A DNA stretch of 56,878 nucleotides, filler included, from Sphacelaria rigidula (lineage: Eukaryota), in NCBI GenBank assembly GCA_964200075.2. It is 2 parts of 2 records of this genome, joined end to end, with 100 filler letters (N's around TTAATTAATTAA, not from the genome) between each part and the next. Parts side by side here need not be neighbours in the genome. Positions count along the whole stretch, not along the records: positions 28,501 to 56,878 come from CAXNAA020000100.1; 1 more part is not named here. One strand, given 5' to 3'. Below the pieces are notes generated by a model. It did not search any database. It was not told the origin of the DNA and saw only the letters and a program-made list of their open reading frames with translations. The stretch's first letter is position 1. Each line of letters opens with the position of its first letter. This document shows positions 35,001 through 50,000 of this stretch, piece after piece. Position numbers and translations under genes: made by a program.

Positions 35001-38000
35001 CCTTCTCATTGGTGCTTGCTTGCTTTTGACCACTGGGAACCGAAGCGCCATCTTTCAGAAAAATAGAAGTGTGATGCTTTGGTGCCACCTTGCATGTTCA
35101 CGCGGTGCAGCAGCACCTCCTCTTGGCTCCCAACGGTGGAGTTGATGGCGCTGTACTCTTTCGAGCAGTCTACTCGATTCCCCGGTCAATTGGTCCGCGT
35201 GCAAACGGTTCTCCAAATGCTGATGAAAAACGTTGGGAGTCCAAGCATCCAACCCTTAACGTCAACGATGGATGCGTTTTGTGTCCGTTATGTAGAACAC
35301 CGGACGTACGGTCGGTCTATCCGGGCAAACAAGACCCATCTCTTCTCTATCATAGCATGGTACCATTCGATGCCGTCACTGTTCCAGGATGGAGTACTGG
35401 CGGATCTGGTTCGCACGTGCGCTCGGAAGGAAGTGCCCGATCTACAGTGGGTGCTGTTCGATGGGCCTGTGGATGCAATCTGGATCGAAAACATGAACAC
35501 TGTGCTAGATGATAACAAGAAGGTTTGCGCCTATGATCGTTCGACCCTACCAATGAAGTCTCCGCCCGATTTGTTTCAAGTCGATAAAGAAGCAGCCGAG
35601 GGTCAGAGCACTGAGGCCAGAGTAACATTAGATATGGTGCAATAGCATGACGGCTCAACCCTTCTCCGGGATCACGAGAATACCGGTGTGACTGTTTGTG
35701 TCTTCGTGTCACAGGCTTGAAAAATCACAGTTTAACTCACGAACGTTGAAATGATGCCGACTCACCGGTGCAAAACGAACAAAGCACTTCGCGGTTGACG
35801 TTGAGGCCATGCGCTCGGGCGTAAAAATCTCTCGCAATGGGAAGTAGTCGTAGTCGGCCAATGCAGTGCGTCAAACGTGTACTTTGCCGGTGAGCCTTGT
35901 TCAACGAATCCGCGGATTTTCTAAACATAAAGCGGCGAATAACGGTAGAGTTGAACCAAGCTATACGATATTCAGGGAGGATGGAGAGAGCCGCGCGAAT
36001 ACCATGTGCCGGTATGCAACAGGTGGACCACTGTCAGGATGTCCACAACGCTGTTGCCCCAGGAACTGAACTAACCCTAAACAATTCGAGCCCGTTGAAA
36101 CTGCACAGCGGAACATCGTATCCAGGGTTTCTACAGCAAGGATAGTCGTGGTCACGCTGTATCCCTGTTCATGTATCCAAACCAAACTATTCCTCGAATG
36201 CGTGCCCCACCCGTTCGACGATCCCAAATATCGTTTGACAGCTTTGCCTAACCTCAGGCGAGATCATGTCCCTTTCTGAACCAATGACCATGATGTTCGA
36301 GCCGGAAGATCTCGCGGTAGCTTCCCCAGCCACGGTGTCCCGGTGCGGCATGATCTACATGGAGCCGAAGAGCCTAGGCTATGATCCTCTGGTCCAGTCA
36401 TGGTTGGCTCAGCTATCAGAGGTCGTCGGCGTGAAGGAAAGGTGGAACGCGATTTGAAACATATTCATCCCCACGATGGGAAAAAACCAAAAGCCGTTCG
36501 CCCGTGACTTCGCGATAGTCCGCTTTGTTCAATAATGTCGAAATGACTGCTGTGTGACCTCAGTGTGAGGTAAGAATGTATAGTCCTATGATCAAGATCC
36601 CCGATCTTTCCGCAGCCGAGCTGCGCACCGGCAGTCTGGGGGTCTTCGCAAAACAACTTACGTTCCTCTGGAACGGTCGCAAACTCGTCGCTCTCATCAG
36701 TAGCCTACTGAGAGAGCCCACGCAGGGTACAGCGGCACCACAAATAGTGCGTTGGTATCCCGTATGGAACAATAGACGTACAGGCGGTGCATCAGAAATG
36801 GTGTGCTCATGAAATTTCATGCCGTAGTCATAAGATCATTGATCTCGCGTCGTCACAAAGCGGGAACGGAGCACGCCGATTTTTTGCCAGACCAGGCTCG
36901 CAATCAATCACCAAGCGCGAAGCGCCGTGATGTGTTCGGCGAGTTACATGGAGGGTGAGCTGCATCCTGCGAAGATTGTTTGGCCCGAAGTATGCCAGTT
37001 ATCTTACATGTAGATTAAAATGCGTTGCTTTTTTTCTGCTATCGCCATTTCCACAGACAGCCACGGGCTACAATGCTCACGGATGTCTCACCACAAGATC
37101 AGAAAAAGTCGGGGGCGCATTATTAATGCAGCTGCCTTGAGCAACCGCTGCACCATGGATCCGCAGGTGGAACAGCCAACGAATTGAGTGCGAACAATAA
37201 CCTCCCCCCCTCCGGTCTCTCTTCTTTCGGAATGTCTGTCCCATTTACAGGGTGACGCTATCGCGTATGTTCGATATCTACGTGTCATCAGCTCTCTCTG
37301 CTTTGCGACGGTTTTGCTTCGAACCTCTCCCTTCGGTGAGCACCAAAGCTCAACACATCTGGGAACTCAATGGCTAGATTTCCAAGTCATGGTCTACATG
37401 TGGTGTGCTCGCCTTGATTGGTTTTTGCTTTTGTGATTGCGTGGTGTACGATACGAGCTTGTTTGCTCTGGATGGCGCCACCGGATGAAGAGTTTTGCAG
37501 TCGAAATATATATTTCAACAAAAATAGCCGTGGAACAATATTATGCAAACGGAAAAATTAAGATCAGAGTTCCGTCGGGTTGTCCATCGGTGAAATATGA
37601 CGATATTATGTATATATCGTCAGATTCGCACAGCCGATATGCCGAAGCTATCAGGACGTATCAGCATACACCATCGCGAAACATCTACGACGTTGGTATA
37701 CTGTATTGCAAAAAAATCGGTGGTTGTGCCTCAAACGCCAGGCGGAGTGTAGACCTGATTGTACCTCGGTACTTGCCGTTAATGGATAATGGCCCATATG
37801 TATGTATATATATATATATCGTGCGCTGTGTCTCGCTTCCGAAGAGTTCACGGATGATATGTTTATACCCAAAATAGTGAGATCGAAAGAGGTGAGCCGC
37901 AATTTGTTTCCGCGGCTTTTTGTATTGACGATTGCGTATGAGTACGGCTTTTGCTAACGACCTTTTCCACCAAAGCCATGTTGTAGAGACCGGCCATTTC

Positions 38001-41000
38001 TACTTTTGCTTGGCCTTGTTTTGTTTTATTCTTTCCTTTTCTTCTTTTTCTTTTCGTGGCCCACTCTGCTTTTCTGGTCTACCTTTCTGTTTTCTTCATT
38101 TTTCTCCAGCGAGACTTTCCGTTTTGTTTCATATCGGGTGCTTCTACCAGGTGACCACAACTACATCTCTGGAGGATCAGTCAAGTCGCAACCACCAATC
38201 ACACCAGACTAGCCGGTAACGGCAAGCTGGTGACAACAATGATATCGGTACCGGTATACAATCCCAGAGTTTCACGATTCCACGTCTACGAATGCTTTTC
38301 GGATCACTTATGTCCATATCTATGTCCCAGGTGGACAACTGTCTGGTGCAAGGCCTGATGAACATCCTGGACTGCTACTTTGAGGAATTTAGACCCTTCG
38401 AAGGTGTCGTTAAGAAGTCCCCCGAGGCGGCAGAGCAGCTCAAACAAAACGTGGAGCCAATGTTCATCTTCGCCCTGGTTTGGTCTGTCCTCGCCACGGT
38501 TGACCGAAAAGGCCGAGAGTTTGCGGATCAGTTCCTTAGGTGCGACAGAAGAATGTTGTGACTGATGCGGAGCTGGGGGTGCACTGCATCACCTATGGAA
38601 CATGGCTTCAGTCGGAGGCGTAGCTTTCACCTCGCGTTTCCTTTCGACGGAATGCGTGTATGACCATTATTCGGCGTGTTTTTTTCCAGATGTTGGAGGT
38701 AGCAAGTTGGAGGGACTCTGCTCGCCACAAAAATGATTTCATGTGTGGCATGTTATAACTGTTCCAGCTGGCTAGGCAGATTTGTACTATTTTTTCTTGT
38801 AAAAGCAGGCACCTTACGGCACGGGAAATATATGTGTATATTTATATATATATATAAGCTCGTGAGACACTTCGCCGTCATAAATTAACCATATTTGAGA
38901 ATTCAGGTGTTGTACAGTGCATGCGTCAGGTTCTGTTCACACCTCAACTGTTCGCTGACGACGCCGTAGGGCAGTCCGTCATGTTCTCACCAATACCAGT
39001 GCGATATCCTGTGAATGAAGTACTATGTATGAATACCCATACAGTAAAGATCCACAATTGCTTCTCAGTCAAAAATGACTGAGCGAGTGTTTCTTTCAAC
39101 ACCAGTGGCAGTAGACAACATTGCATGGACACTTAAATGCGTAAAACAGCGTACGATAGATATACTTGAGGATGAACGTGGGGCTAACCGGACAGTTTTA
39201 TTGGTCTAGGCTTAACTGGATGCCAAGATATTTCCGGCTTGTGAGTCTACTTTTCTCTTGCATTGAATGCTCGTGTGTCAAGAGGCGAAATGGCGTCGAA
39301 CGGAGCAACAAAGAAATTCCCGGAAGACGAAGGACAGCTAATATACGACTTTTGCTTCGATCAGGAGGCCATGGAGTGGGTGCCCTGGATGAGCACTGTT
39401 GCGCCCTACAAGTGAGGAGGCTGCAGACCAAAAGCAAATGTGGGGGTGAAACACGCGCATCGACTAAAAAGCTAGTGTATCATGTATGGAAATGCACCGC
39501 CCTAAAATAATGGGATTATGTTGTGACTGACCCGGTATATTAGATTAGGATTTGCATTCCTCTTTCATGCCATACATTTACTGCAAGTGCTTCCGAGTGA
39601 GATATCAAAATGTGTGAGGAATGAACACTATCAAAGGACACCGGTCCAGCGAAGTTTGTGTTTTGGACCCCTCGGGTACCCCAACGCATGGCACGGGAAA
39701 TCGGTCTTGACAGTACCGTAAGCAAGATGACGAGGGTTTTCTTGCACCATATGCAGGTACGACCCAAAACTGGAATTCTGTGAGCTGATCATCCCCACGG
39801 TGGACAGCGTGCGGTACACATACCTTCTGAACCTCCTCATTACTGGAGACAAGCACGTGCTCATGACAGGTGATTCGTAGTTGCAGCTCGTGCCTCCAGC
39901 GGGACTCGGGTCCCAGTGTACCGTGACTGTCGCTTACTCGCCGTGATTCTATGTTGCGCTCCTCGTCCTGGTCGGCTCTTAACCCTAAGGTATGCCCCAG
40001 TAATGGGTAAGCTGCGGAGTGTTACTGCAGTTTAACAAGCCACGTTTGAGAATTGCAAGATCACAGGATCCGTGGAGTGTTCCACGCTTGTCGAACGTTT
40101 TAGTGACAGAAACACTGTGGAATGTCGATAAGATTTAGCAGAGTATGTGTTCAAATATGTCGCCCGCTGAGGTGGATGGAGAGCAAGAGCCCCGACTCGT
40201 GTGTTCGTCCTCGAGTTACATGTAGACGTGCATGTGTCCGTCGCTGCACCCCAGGGCCAACGGGAACCGGGAAAACCGTGAACATCGTGCAGCACCTACA
40301 GACGGGGGTGTCGGATGCATTTGTTCCATTGTGCCTCACATTTTCTGCCCAGACGTCAGCTAACCAGACACAGGTGAAGCACAGTCGCAGCCTGTTATTG
40401 CGGCAAACGTACGAATACCTGGCTTGGGAAGTGAGGCGAACGACACACGACTTCTATACCCTTGGGGACGAGATTAAATTTGCTGTCACTCGTATGTAAC
40501 TTCATTAAAAAGTTGAATGTTTTCAAGAATCAGACGTTAGGCAATCGACTTTCGGTAGGATTATAGGTAAATTGCTCTGAACACTCCGTAATGATAGGAA
40601 TGTGTTTTCAACAACTCTTCGACCTTGCCGTGCCTCATCACGTGTTACCGCACTTGTGCTCTTGTGTTCACGTTCAGTTTACTACGGTGTTTGTTTTACT
40701 CGTATTACCTCCTATATTGTTCCCCCTCGTCACGTTTCCTTCGGGGATTGCTTTTGTTTTGCTAAGCTTGAGTATGTCTATTCTTGTGGATAACGACCTC
40801 AGCTGGATCATGTACATCCATCGAGGATTGGAGCATGTACGGTAATTAACCGATCAGTCAATTGCATGTTGGCTATGTTGTCAGGACTTGATCGATGGGA
40901 AGTGTGAAAAGAGACGTAAGGGTGTGTTCGGCCCCACCGCCGGCAAGAAGTTTATCCTGTTCGTGGACGACGTCAACATGCCCACCAAAGAGTTCTACGG

Positions 41001-44000
41001 GGCGCAACCGCCTATAGAATTACTTCGGCAGTGGTTCGACAACGGCGGCTGGTGAGACAACTATAGTATAGGGGAGTTCTCGGAAATCATGCGACACTGC
41101 ACCCTGACAGGTGTTCTGGTTGCATCGCAGTAGTTCGTAAGGAGAAACAACGCTTTCCGTGGTCTCTTTGAGCAAGGTACAGGAGCACGCGTTGGGGGTT
41201 TGGGGGAAGACGATAGGGTCAATCAACAGTGAGGACAACATTTTCGTTTGGCGACACATGGATGGCAAGGCATCACTTGCCGCAGACTTGAACGTGATCG
41301 ACTGTTTGAGTGTTGTTCGTGTACTTGATCATTTTATGGAGAACGACGACAGCTTATATGGAGAAATGACGCTGAAGCTAGATGAGAGCACCATCGCCAA
41401 ACCACACTTGTAAACTGTAGCTCAACCCAGCCAATACGGTGTGTGTGGTGACAGATCGTACGTATAATAGTAAAGTACTTGGATTCCCGCAAAAACTTCC
41501 GAAACCTCCCGGTTATGTGTGTACAGGTGAATACCGTCCTGCTACTGTGCATGGAGGCACAGCTCTGAAAGTACCACGTAATGATTGGATCGGTGTATTG
41601 GCGATGGGTCATCGTGAGCAACACCATTTTCCGCAGATTCGAATATGGAAATATCAAGCAGACCTTGACCGAAGTTTTCTCGAAACTTGCACAGAAGGGA
41701 TATCTCGAAATAAATAGAGATACTCCCATCCCGACAGTTCCTTGTACGAGAAACGACGAACAGCTATGCAGTCTTTTTTTTCCGTTACTGATAAGTGCTA
41801 GCCCATCACCAAAGGTAGCGTCGGCAACAAAGCTTGAGGATCTGATCTTACCGTAAGTTACTGGCTCATAAGCCTGGTACAGTGACGGTACCTACACCTT
41901 TACCTCGGTTGTCTCACAAAATCGCTGACTGCTTTCCTTTATGCAGGTATGACCGCACCGCTTTGCAGTTCCGGCAGATCATCGACGTCGTGTTCGTGTG
42001 CGCGTGCGGTCCTCCTGGGGGCGGACGGAACCCTGTCACCGCTCGCTTTTTCCGACACTTCAATATCGTCGGGTGTGTCTGAAAATTATACCCTACTTGT
42101 AATTGCTTTCGGCAAAATCGGGAGCAGAGAGAAGGCGGAGTTGCGCTTCAATCATTTTTGTGTGGTCAGCACATCAAGGCATAACGGCATGGCAATGCCA
42201 TTTACGTGGAAGAATGAAATCACAATAAATGATATCGGGAAACGATGACGCCTGACTTTAGAACAGCAATCTTCAGCTGCGTGCGACTGGTTCTGCCTGC
42301 TGCCACTTTCGTGAAGATCCCTAGTTACTAGGCTGTTTCTCGTTTTCGCCGCAACAGGTAACGTCGAATGGTGGATGACTCTTCGGACCAGTACGCCGAA
42401 ATGTAGTGATGAATCTTTTAAACGAATACATGCCGAAGTTTCTGATGTGCATGAAAACATCGCAACGACCACGCCTTCTCAGGTACACGGCCATGCAAGA
42501 CGAAAGCATGAGTCTCATCTTCCGCACGATTTTCGGCAACTTCTTGGAGCGATTCTCGGCAGAATGCAAAGCCCTCGCCTCTCCCTTAGTGGCAGCGACG
42601 GTGGGTATGTTCAACACCATCTTGGCTGATCTTCGGCCTACCCCAGCGAAGAGCCACTATACGTACAACCTAAGGGATCTCTCCAAAGTTTTCCAGGTAC
42701 GATTGTCTCCATTGTTTTTTCCCTTAATTTCGACTACCCTGTATTATTTCCCCATTTAGTCTCGTATAAGGCGAGTTAGCATGCGATTTCTACAGCGAGG
42801 TTCTTCACAATAATTTCAGCACATGAACTATTTTCTCCCCTGCCCCCTCGCTTAAATAGGGGACGGTGAGTTATCGTGCAACCTCCACTTGGGATACCAT
42901 GTCCATCTGGGACATCCATATGGGATGTGGAAATCCATCTAGGATGGCAATCAAGAATGTTATGGGGAATATCAGATCAATCTGGGACATGGGCACCGAT
43001 CTGGGATGTGGACGTCCACTTAGGATAAGGAAGTTCATCTGGGACCCTGCCGTTTATCTAGGATACCCATATCCCAGATGCGTGTCCATATCCCAAATGA
43101 TGTCCACATCCCGGATGAATGTTCACATACCAGTTGAATATTCCAGATGATAATCCATATTCCAGTTGGATCTTCAAGACGAATCTAATATCCCTGATGA
43201 ATATCTCAGATGGACGATAATATATCTGGTGTATATTCCAGGCGGACGCCCATATCCCAGATGGGTATCCCAGATGGAGATGGTTCGATTTTGTAAGACC
43301 GCGCCTAAATGAGCCCCTCTCATTTCAGTGAGCATTTGCGTGTGAACTGCGTCGAGAAGTTTAAAGCTTGATATGCAAGCTTCTCTCAGGCGAAGAGTGC
43401 CAGGATACGTTATCGTGGCCTGCCACGGGCAAACCGGAAAAAGAGATAAAAGAGACTGATTAAACGGGGAAACGAGAAATACGGGGACACCAGCAAATAG
43501 GGACAAAGAAGAGGGAGGGAAGGAAAGGGGAGGGAAAGGGAGGGAAGGAAAAATGCGCAAAACCACAATAGATTTACCACCGATCCCATGTGTGCGGATA
43601 CGTCATGCATTTCTACCGTTGCGTTTGCTTGGTAAAAACACAAACATTTGTTTTTCACTCGTATTGTAGTGAGACGCGCACGATGTACACAGGGAGTAGT
43701 GGGCTATTCCGGTGTGGACGTAGAAATATAAGGCCCATGGAAATCCCGGCATTTCGTCCGGAGTGAACGGCACGGTCAGGGCGAATAACCGAAACAAACA
43801 CTGTTTTCGCAGTGGGGTGATGCGTTCTCGCCGCGATATTTTTCAGCAGCACTTTCCAAGTAGTTCCGAAAAGGACTCTATAGACCTGAGAATATTCAAG
43901 ACATAACCTCAAACTCATCGCTATTCGTGAAATATCTCGGATCGAAGCTGGAAAGCAAGCGCAGTTGGCTGAATGGGCCGAAAACATCAATCTAATTGTA

Positions 44001-47000
44001 AAGAACTTCGCTAATGGGCTAGTTTGAATAGGTACTGTTCGTCTCCCCATTTGCTTCATCATCGTGATCACAGGCTCATGCTACCGTTGTGGACGTCGAA
44101 AGAGTCATATGTCCTCTAAACGATGGAGGTACCGTTGAGAGTCCGTTGAATTATGAATTGATCCTCGCCCCTCACTGAAACTATGACATCATTCGAACGA
44201 CAGTGTTGTGTTGAATCTTGACAATTTTCGAATACGCGACAAGTCACGCGCAACACAAATCACAGTCGACCAGCCATGATCAAAATAAAGCGCGCCTCTT
44301 GCGCCCATGATGGCCTCCTTTAAAAGGTTGTGGCAGATCCTTCTGATCACTCATCCAAACCTAGTAAAACGCCGCACGCCATTGACGAGCCGAAGTAGTA
44401 GTCCAAACTCGGAGCAATAGCTGCCGAAGATTCAGCGGCAAACAGCGGTCGATTCTTTTTGTTTTTTTCGCCAGGCCGTGAAGCACACACCGCAAGGCCA
44501 AGGCTAGGAGCTTCGAGTTCTCGTCCACATTTCCTGAAAAACATTGTATTGTGGTATTTCTCACGCATTTCCGGGAAAAAAATCCTGTGTCTCCTTCCCG
44601 ACGCCTCCCACCCTTCGCTTGCTTCGTTGACCGCGCAGGGAATGCTAATGACGGACCATCGGAGAGTGTCAACGGCGGTTGACCTGACGCGAGTGTGGGT
44701 ACACGAGACCCGTAGGGTATTCGCCGATCGTTTGATTTCGTACGAAGACAAACAATGGTTTGAGGACTTGACTCGTCGGCAGGGACAGGATGCGTTAGGG
44801 ATGGACTGGGACAGGATTGTGGGAGCACCCGGCACAGAACAAAACTTCATCATGTACGCCGATTTCTTGATACCTGGAGCGGACCCCAAGGTAGGCAAGC
44901 AGTGGGAAGACTCGTATTGTGAACCTGTCATGGGGCAGGCAGCCAGTCCGGTCTGGCAACCGACCGCATTTGGTGAAAACTCGTGGTACACCATGGTATA
45001 GTGCAGTTTCTTGCACATGCTATCGCGGACCAGACCGTTGACAAAAATGAAACCAAGAAATGGCAGAGCTCGAAACTCTATCGGATCACACCACGGTGGA
45101 GGCAACGAGGGCATGTAAATGTGAAAACATCGGAGGCTGGTGGCACCTGGTTACAGTCCTAGACTACATGCGAGGATTCGTTTCGAAGTTTTAAGCCTAA
45201 CCGCAAACATCTCGGTTGTCCAACATCCATTTTATGGTCCACATCCACAAGTGGGCACTTGATACCCTTGCTGCTAGAGTCCACAACTCGATTGGTCCCT
45301 CAAGGGAACCTTGGAGGTTAAAAGTGCGTAAACCTTACCGTTGGGGGAGAAGACTGTCAAGAGCCACTGAAATACCGTAACGCTAACTGCATCGAGAGGA
45401 CCAGACGTCGAAGAGGACGGGTCATAAGAGAATGCTACCGTGATCGGTACTTGTGAGCAATTTGGATACTTGGTTCTTCACCAGTCAACAAGGGGTCCCT
45501 ACCACAGATCATGCGAATACGCAGTGCGTCGGGATCCCGGATCGATGGGAACAGTCGATTCATGCACCTAGCCCTCACCACACACCCGTCTTCGACCCTC
45601 GGGTGCTCCCAACCTGATCCTGATCACGTGTAAAAGATTTATGAAGAAGTGAAAGACTCCGAGAACCTGCAGCTTGTTGTGGAAGAATATCTTGCGGAGT
45701 TCAACGGCGAGAGCAAACAACCCATGAACCTCGTCATGTTCGGCGACGCAATCGAGCACGTCGCCAGAATCAGCCGGGTGATCAGGTGCGAAGTCAGAGC
45801 AGCAACTTGAAACAGTCGACCGAGCACTGGATTTTGCGGCGGTGCCCCTTCATGATTCTTCTCGCGGGTGCCGGTGCTGTACCATTTTCTGTTGCTGTTT
45901 CGGAACAATTGAGATTTAGACCCTTGTCGAAGACAACCATAGATGGCCGTACCTACGACATGCATGCAGTCTGAAACGTAACATAGCGTATCGCACAGTC
46001 GCTCTGTACGGTTTAATACGCCGGTGGACAGTTTCCGCTGCAATTCATGTGTTATCCTGATCATGGGCCCATTGCCGATCAAAACCCCGAAGCAAACATA
46101 ACCCGTTTGGTCTACTACATTAGTGTGATAGGCGAGAACACCCTTCTTCGCATCATTGCACTTGTGAGCATTTGATGGGAAACTGTCGTGTTCACATATT
46201 CGAGAGCCTACAGTAGTTTACACAATTTGGTAATTCGGCGTACACAACTATTAAAGTCGCGCAGAAAGGTACATCCCAACGCAAAGACGGCGAAAGCGTA
46301 CAAGCCCTGAACGCAGACCTCGCCCAGCATTCTGCCCCACCAAACCAGCCCCCCCCATGCACACCGAATGAAACATTTTAGATCATGGGCGATTTGTTGG
46401 TCTTGAGTTCCTCCATGTATTCCTTTACCGGTTTCAATGAGCAATGACATGCGTCGAATTATCCGTTCTCGAGCATGCTTTCCTCGCACCAAAATCGTGT
46501 TTTATTTTGTCCAAACGATTTGTCTCATGTGCGAAGGCAACCAATGGGAAATGCGCTGCTTCTCGGTGTGGGCGGCTCGGGGCGACAATCTCTCACGCGG
46601 TTAGCCACGTTCATGGCCGAGTTCGTTCTCTTCCAGGTGTGGGGTGGAGATGCCAGTCAGCGATTGTTCGAGGGCTCCACTATCGTTTGAGAGCTCTTCC
46701 TGGAGAACCCAAGCTCGCTGGGTCTCGTACTGCACTTACGGTGCATCTTGTTCTCCACGTTATACGCAATACACTTTATTATGCCGCCGTGCGATCGTGC
46801 GGAAATCCGGAAAGAGTGCATACATCACAATATCGCCGAAGAAGAGCCGCAGGAGAGCACCCGAGGGCAGCCCTCATTTTCACTTGGGTGAACGTTCTTC
46901 GCATTCTCTATATTGTGAATGGTGCATCTTGCAAATCAGATCGAGATCGCGAAGAACTACGGCACAACGGAGTGGCACGAAGATCTCAAGATTTGTCTTA

Positions 47001-50000
47001 TGCAGGCCGGGGTGGACGATAAATCGGTAGTGTTCCTGTTCAACGACACGCAGGCGAGCTCTCTTGACATAAACAGCAACATCATACCACGTAATGTAAT
47101 CGAGATAAGCTACTCGTCAGCATTATGATGACCTTAACCCTTTTCCATGAGGACAGAAAATGCCTGCCGACCACGAGAAAGTAAGTAGACTCAAATATTC
47201 ACTGGTGTGATTTTCATTGAGTATTTCCAACTCCTGAATCTGAGAATGAATAACATGGACTACGACTCGACGGCGTTTGGGGTTCGATTTCAGATCATCA
47301 ACGAGGGAATGCTGGAAGATGTGAACAACATTCTCAACTCCGGCGACGTGCCGAACCTGTATGGGGTTGAAGAATTGGAACGGATTTCGACGGCGTGCAG
47401 ACCGATTTGCGCCAAGAAACGTATTCCGGCCACCAAGCTCAACATTTTCGCGCAGGTATGTCGGCGAAGGCACAGGGTTAAAGTTGCGAGTTGCAGCGAT
47501 GGATCCGAGTCTACTAGACGTTTACTGAATGCGATCATATGTTTCAGTACCGAAAGTCGCGGTGTTATCTTCCGTGCTGCCGCTGCGGGCGGTACATGGT
47601 TTCACTAGTGTATGTTCGCTTTTCATCCAGAAGGTTCGCGGAAACGACGGTCTACGAAGTATGGAACCACCCCTTGAACGTGTAGTTTTCTCCTGCCCAT
47701 CGTAAATGTTGGAATTAAGCCCGTACATCGCAACTCGTAGAGGGCTTGTGCCCTTAGGAACCCGTGCGAGAGAAGGACAGCAACGTGCGGCACTCTTGTC
47801 CTCCGCCTACCGGAAAATGCGTCGTGAATTCCCGTCTCTATCCTCTTAGCGTTGCGCCTATTTTGTTATATGCGCTGGTAGTACTTCCTGAGCATTATGC
47901 CCGTTCACTACAAACCGTGCTGAAGCATAACATAGCAAGCGACGAAGAAGTCGTGCACGGGGGATGGGGAATCACCTCCAATCGTTGCTCTCTCTAGAGG
48001 TCTACAGCTTGTCTTCAACACATGAAGAGCCTCTCTTGACCAATGCTTCGATTTTTCCCTGCTCGTGCAGAAGCCCGTGTTCATATCGTCCTACCCCCAA
48101 TGAGGTATCGTACGTTTTTCTCATATGTTTGAACATGTGGCGGAATGTTTGCACCAACTTAACGCCTGATACCTCACTTCTTGCGCGCTACCTGTGTATC
48201 TGCAACTCTCTTTTGATCACGCCAGTACATCAACCGCGTACGGGCGAACATCCACATCGTTTTGTGCATGTCACCGTTGGGAGAAGCTTTCCGCACGCGC
48301 TTGAGAATGTTCCCGTCCATAGTCAACTGCTGCACCATAGACTGGTTTATGGAATGGCCTGACGAGGTGTGTATGCGCGCAAAAGTGTCTTATCCCATGA
48401 CGAAAATTCTATCTCGGCGAACCCGTCGTCTGCAGAAGTGAATTACTTGCGTGCCATACAAGATGGAATAGGACGTGGCTCTCCCGACGTGGTGTATAAT
48501 GATTGTGGAGCTACGATATTTGTGAAGACCAATCATCTGTCGATCCTGTCCTGACACAGCCGCAAGAAACTGTTGGTCTCACCTTGACGCAATAACAGTA
48601 GGGTCACTACTGTAAGCGACCGACATTCCGGTTTTAGTAGTACATTCTCTGTGCATGCATGCAGCGTTGGGCGGTCCAATATTGTGCGGTTCGATCGTTG
48701 TTTCTGATCCCCTGCCCGACCTCCTCGTGGTACACCAACAGGCTCTGAAATCAGTTGCAACTCGAAGTCTCACGGAGTCGGCGCTGCAATTGGGCGAAAA
48801 CGAGCCCAAGGTTGTTGAGGTATGGTCGCCCGCGTTGAAATAGTGAAAAAGTGAGCAGGTAGATTATCATGAAATACACTCTTCAACTCGCACCTCGATA
48901 GAGTCAGAACTAGACGGGGACCTGAGACCATCGCCCATCGACGTGCCAGAGGGTTGATGGCTCGCTTGACACGGCGGATGTTGTTTCTGGTTTTGCTCCG
49001 TGTTTTCCGATGTCAACGTTTAGCCTCTTCGCGTCCAAAGAACATACCGTCATTTCAGCCTACATTGCGTGGCAGTATGCTGTAGATTGTTGGGGGAAGC
49101 ATTAGAAGCTGTGTTGCGCAGTGATGATGCAACTTATGTCTGCTGGATGTCGTTCCCCGCTCTTGGTTTCTCGGAGCGCGCTTGTTTCGTTGGGTAAATT
49201 ATTCTCAGTCGCCAGGCATGCTTCTTCCAGTACTCTGTTTCGGCATTCGGATACATAATGTTGATATCCTTCCACGTTACGTCCAGTTATGACACCGGTG
49301 AGGCACCTTGTCCGTATTTCGCGTCTTACATGTGTTGCCAGATGGTGAAGCACGTGCATCAGAGTGTGGCGAAGGAATCCCTGGAGTTCTTGTCCGCCCT
49401 CAGACGTTACAATTACGTTACACCTACGTCATATCTGGAAGTGCTCAGCACCTACCGCAACGTGCTGGCCATGAAAAGGCTTGAAGTCGGCACTCTCAAG
49501 AATCGATTGCAGGTAAGGCTGAGATGAGACCCACACGCCTCGATACTACAACTGCGAACCGCTTCGCGACGCTTGGAAAATAAATAAAAACTCCTCGTTC
49601 GCTTCACTTGGACTTGAGAAGGAGAATTCGACAACCAGACTGTATTTGATATGTTCTGCTCGCGGCAAAACGATTGATATATTGGTGAATATTGTACTGC
49701 CGAAAGAGAAAAGGGGGGCCGTGGACGAGGTACCATATCCCCTCTCAGCAAGGAAATAAGTGTTGTCATCACGCACTGGCTCTTCATGGTATAACAGATA
49801 CCTCTTTCCACGAAATCTGAATTTCATCTTTTTTCGACAGGACTTGCGCGGCTACGATACCGCGTACCATCAGCCAGTATTCGGTACGTTAACGCATGGG
49901 CTTCGCCACAAGACCTTTGCTTTCTCCTCTCGCTGCGACTATCGCATGTCACTCGCACCCATGTAATCGGTTGATTTGGAGGATGGCAAAGGTCCCTCAC

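Noticed and set aside
47125..47237. C/D-box snoRNA candidate (ATGATGA...CTGA) in the GC-AG intron
   Set aside because: No terminal stem and no rRNA-complementary guide that I could recognise.
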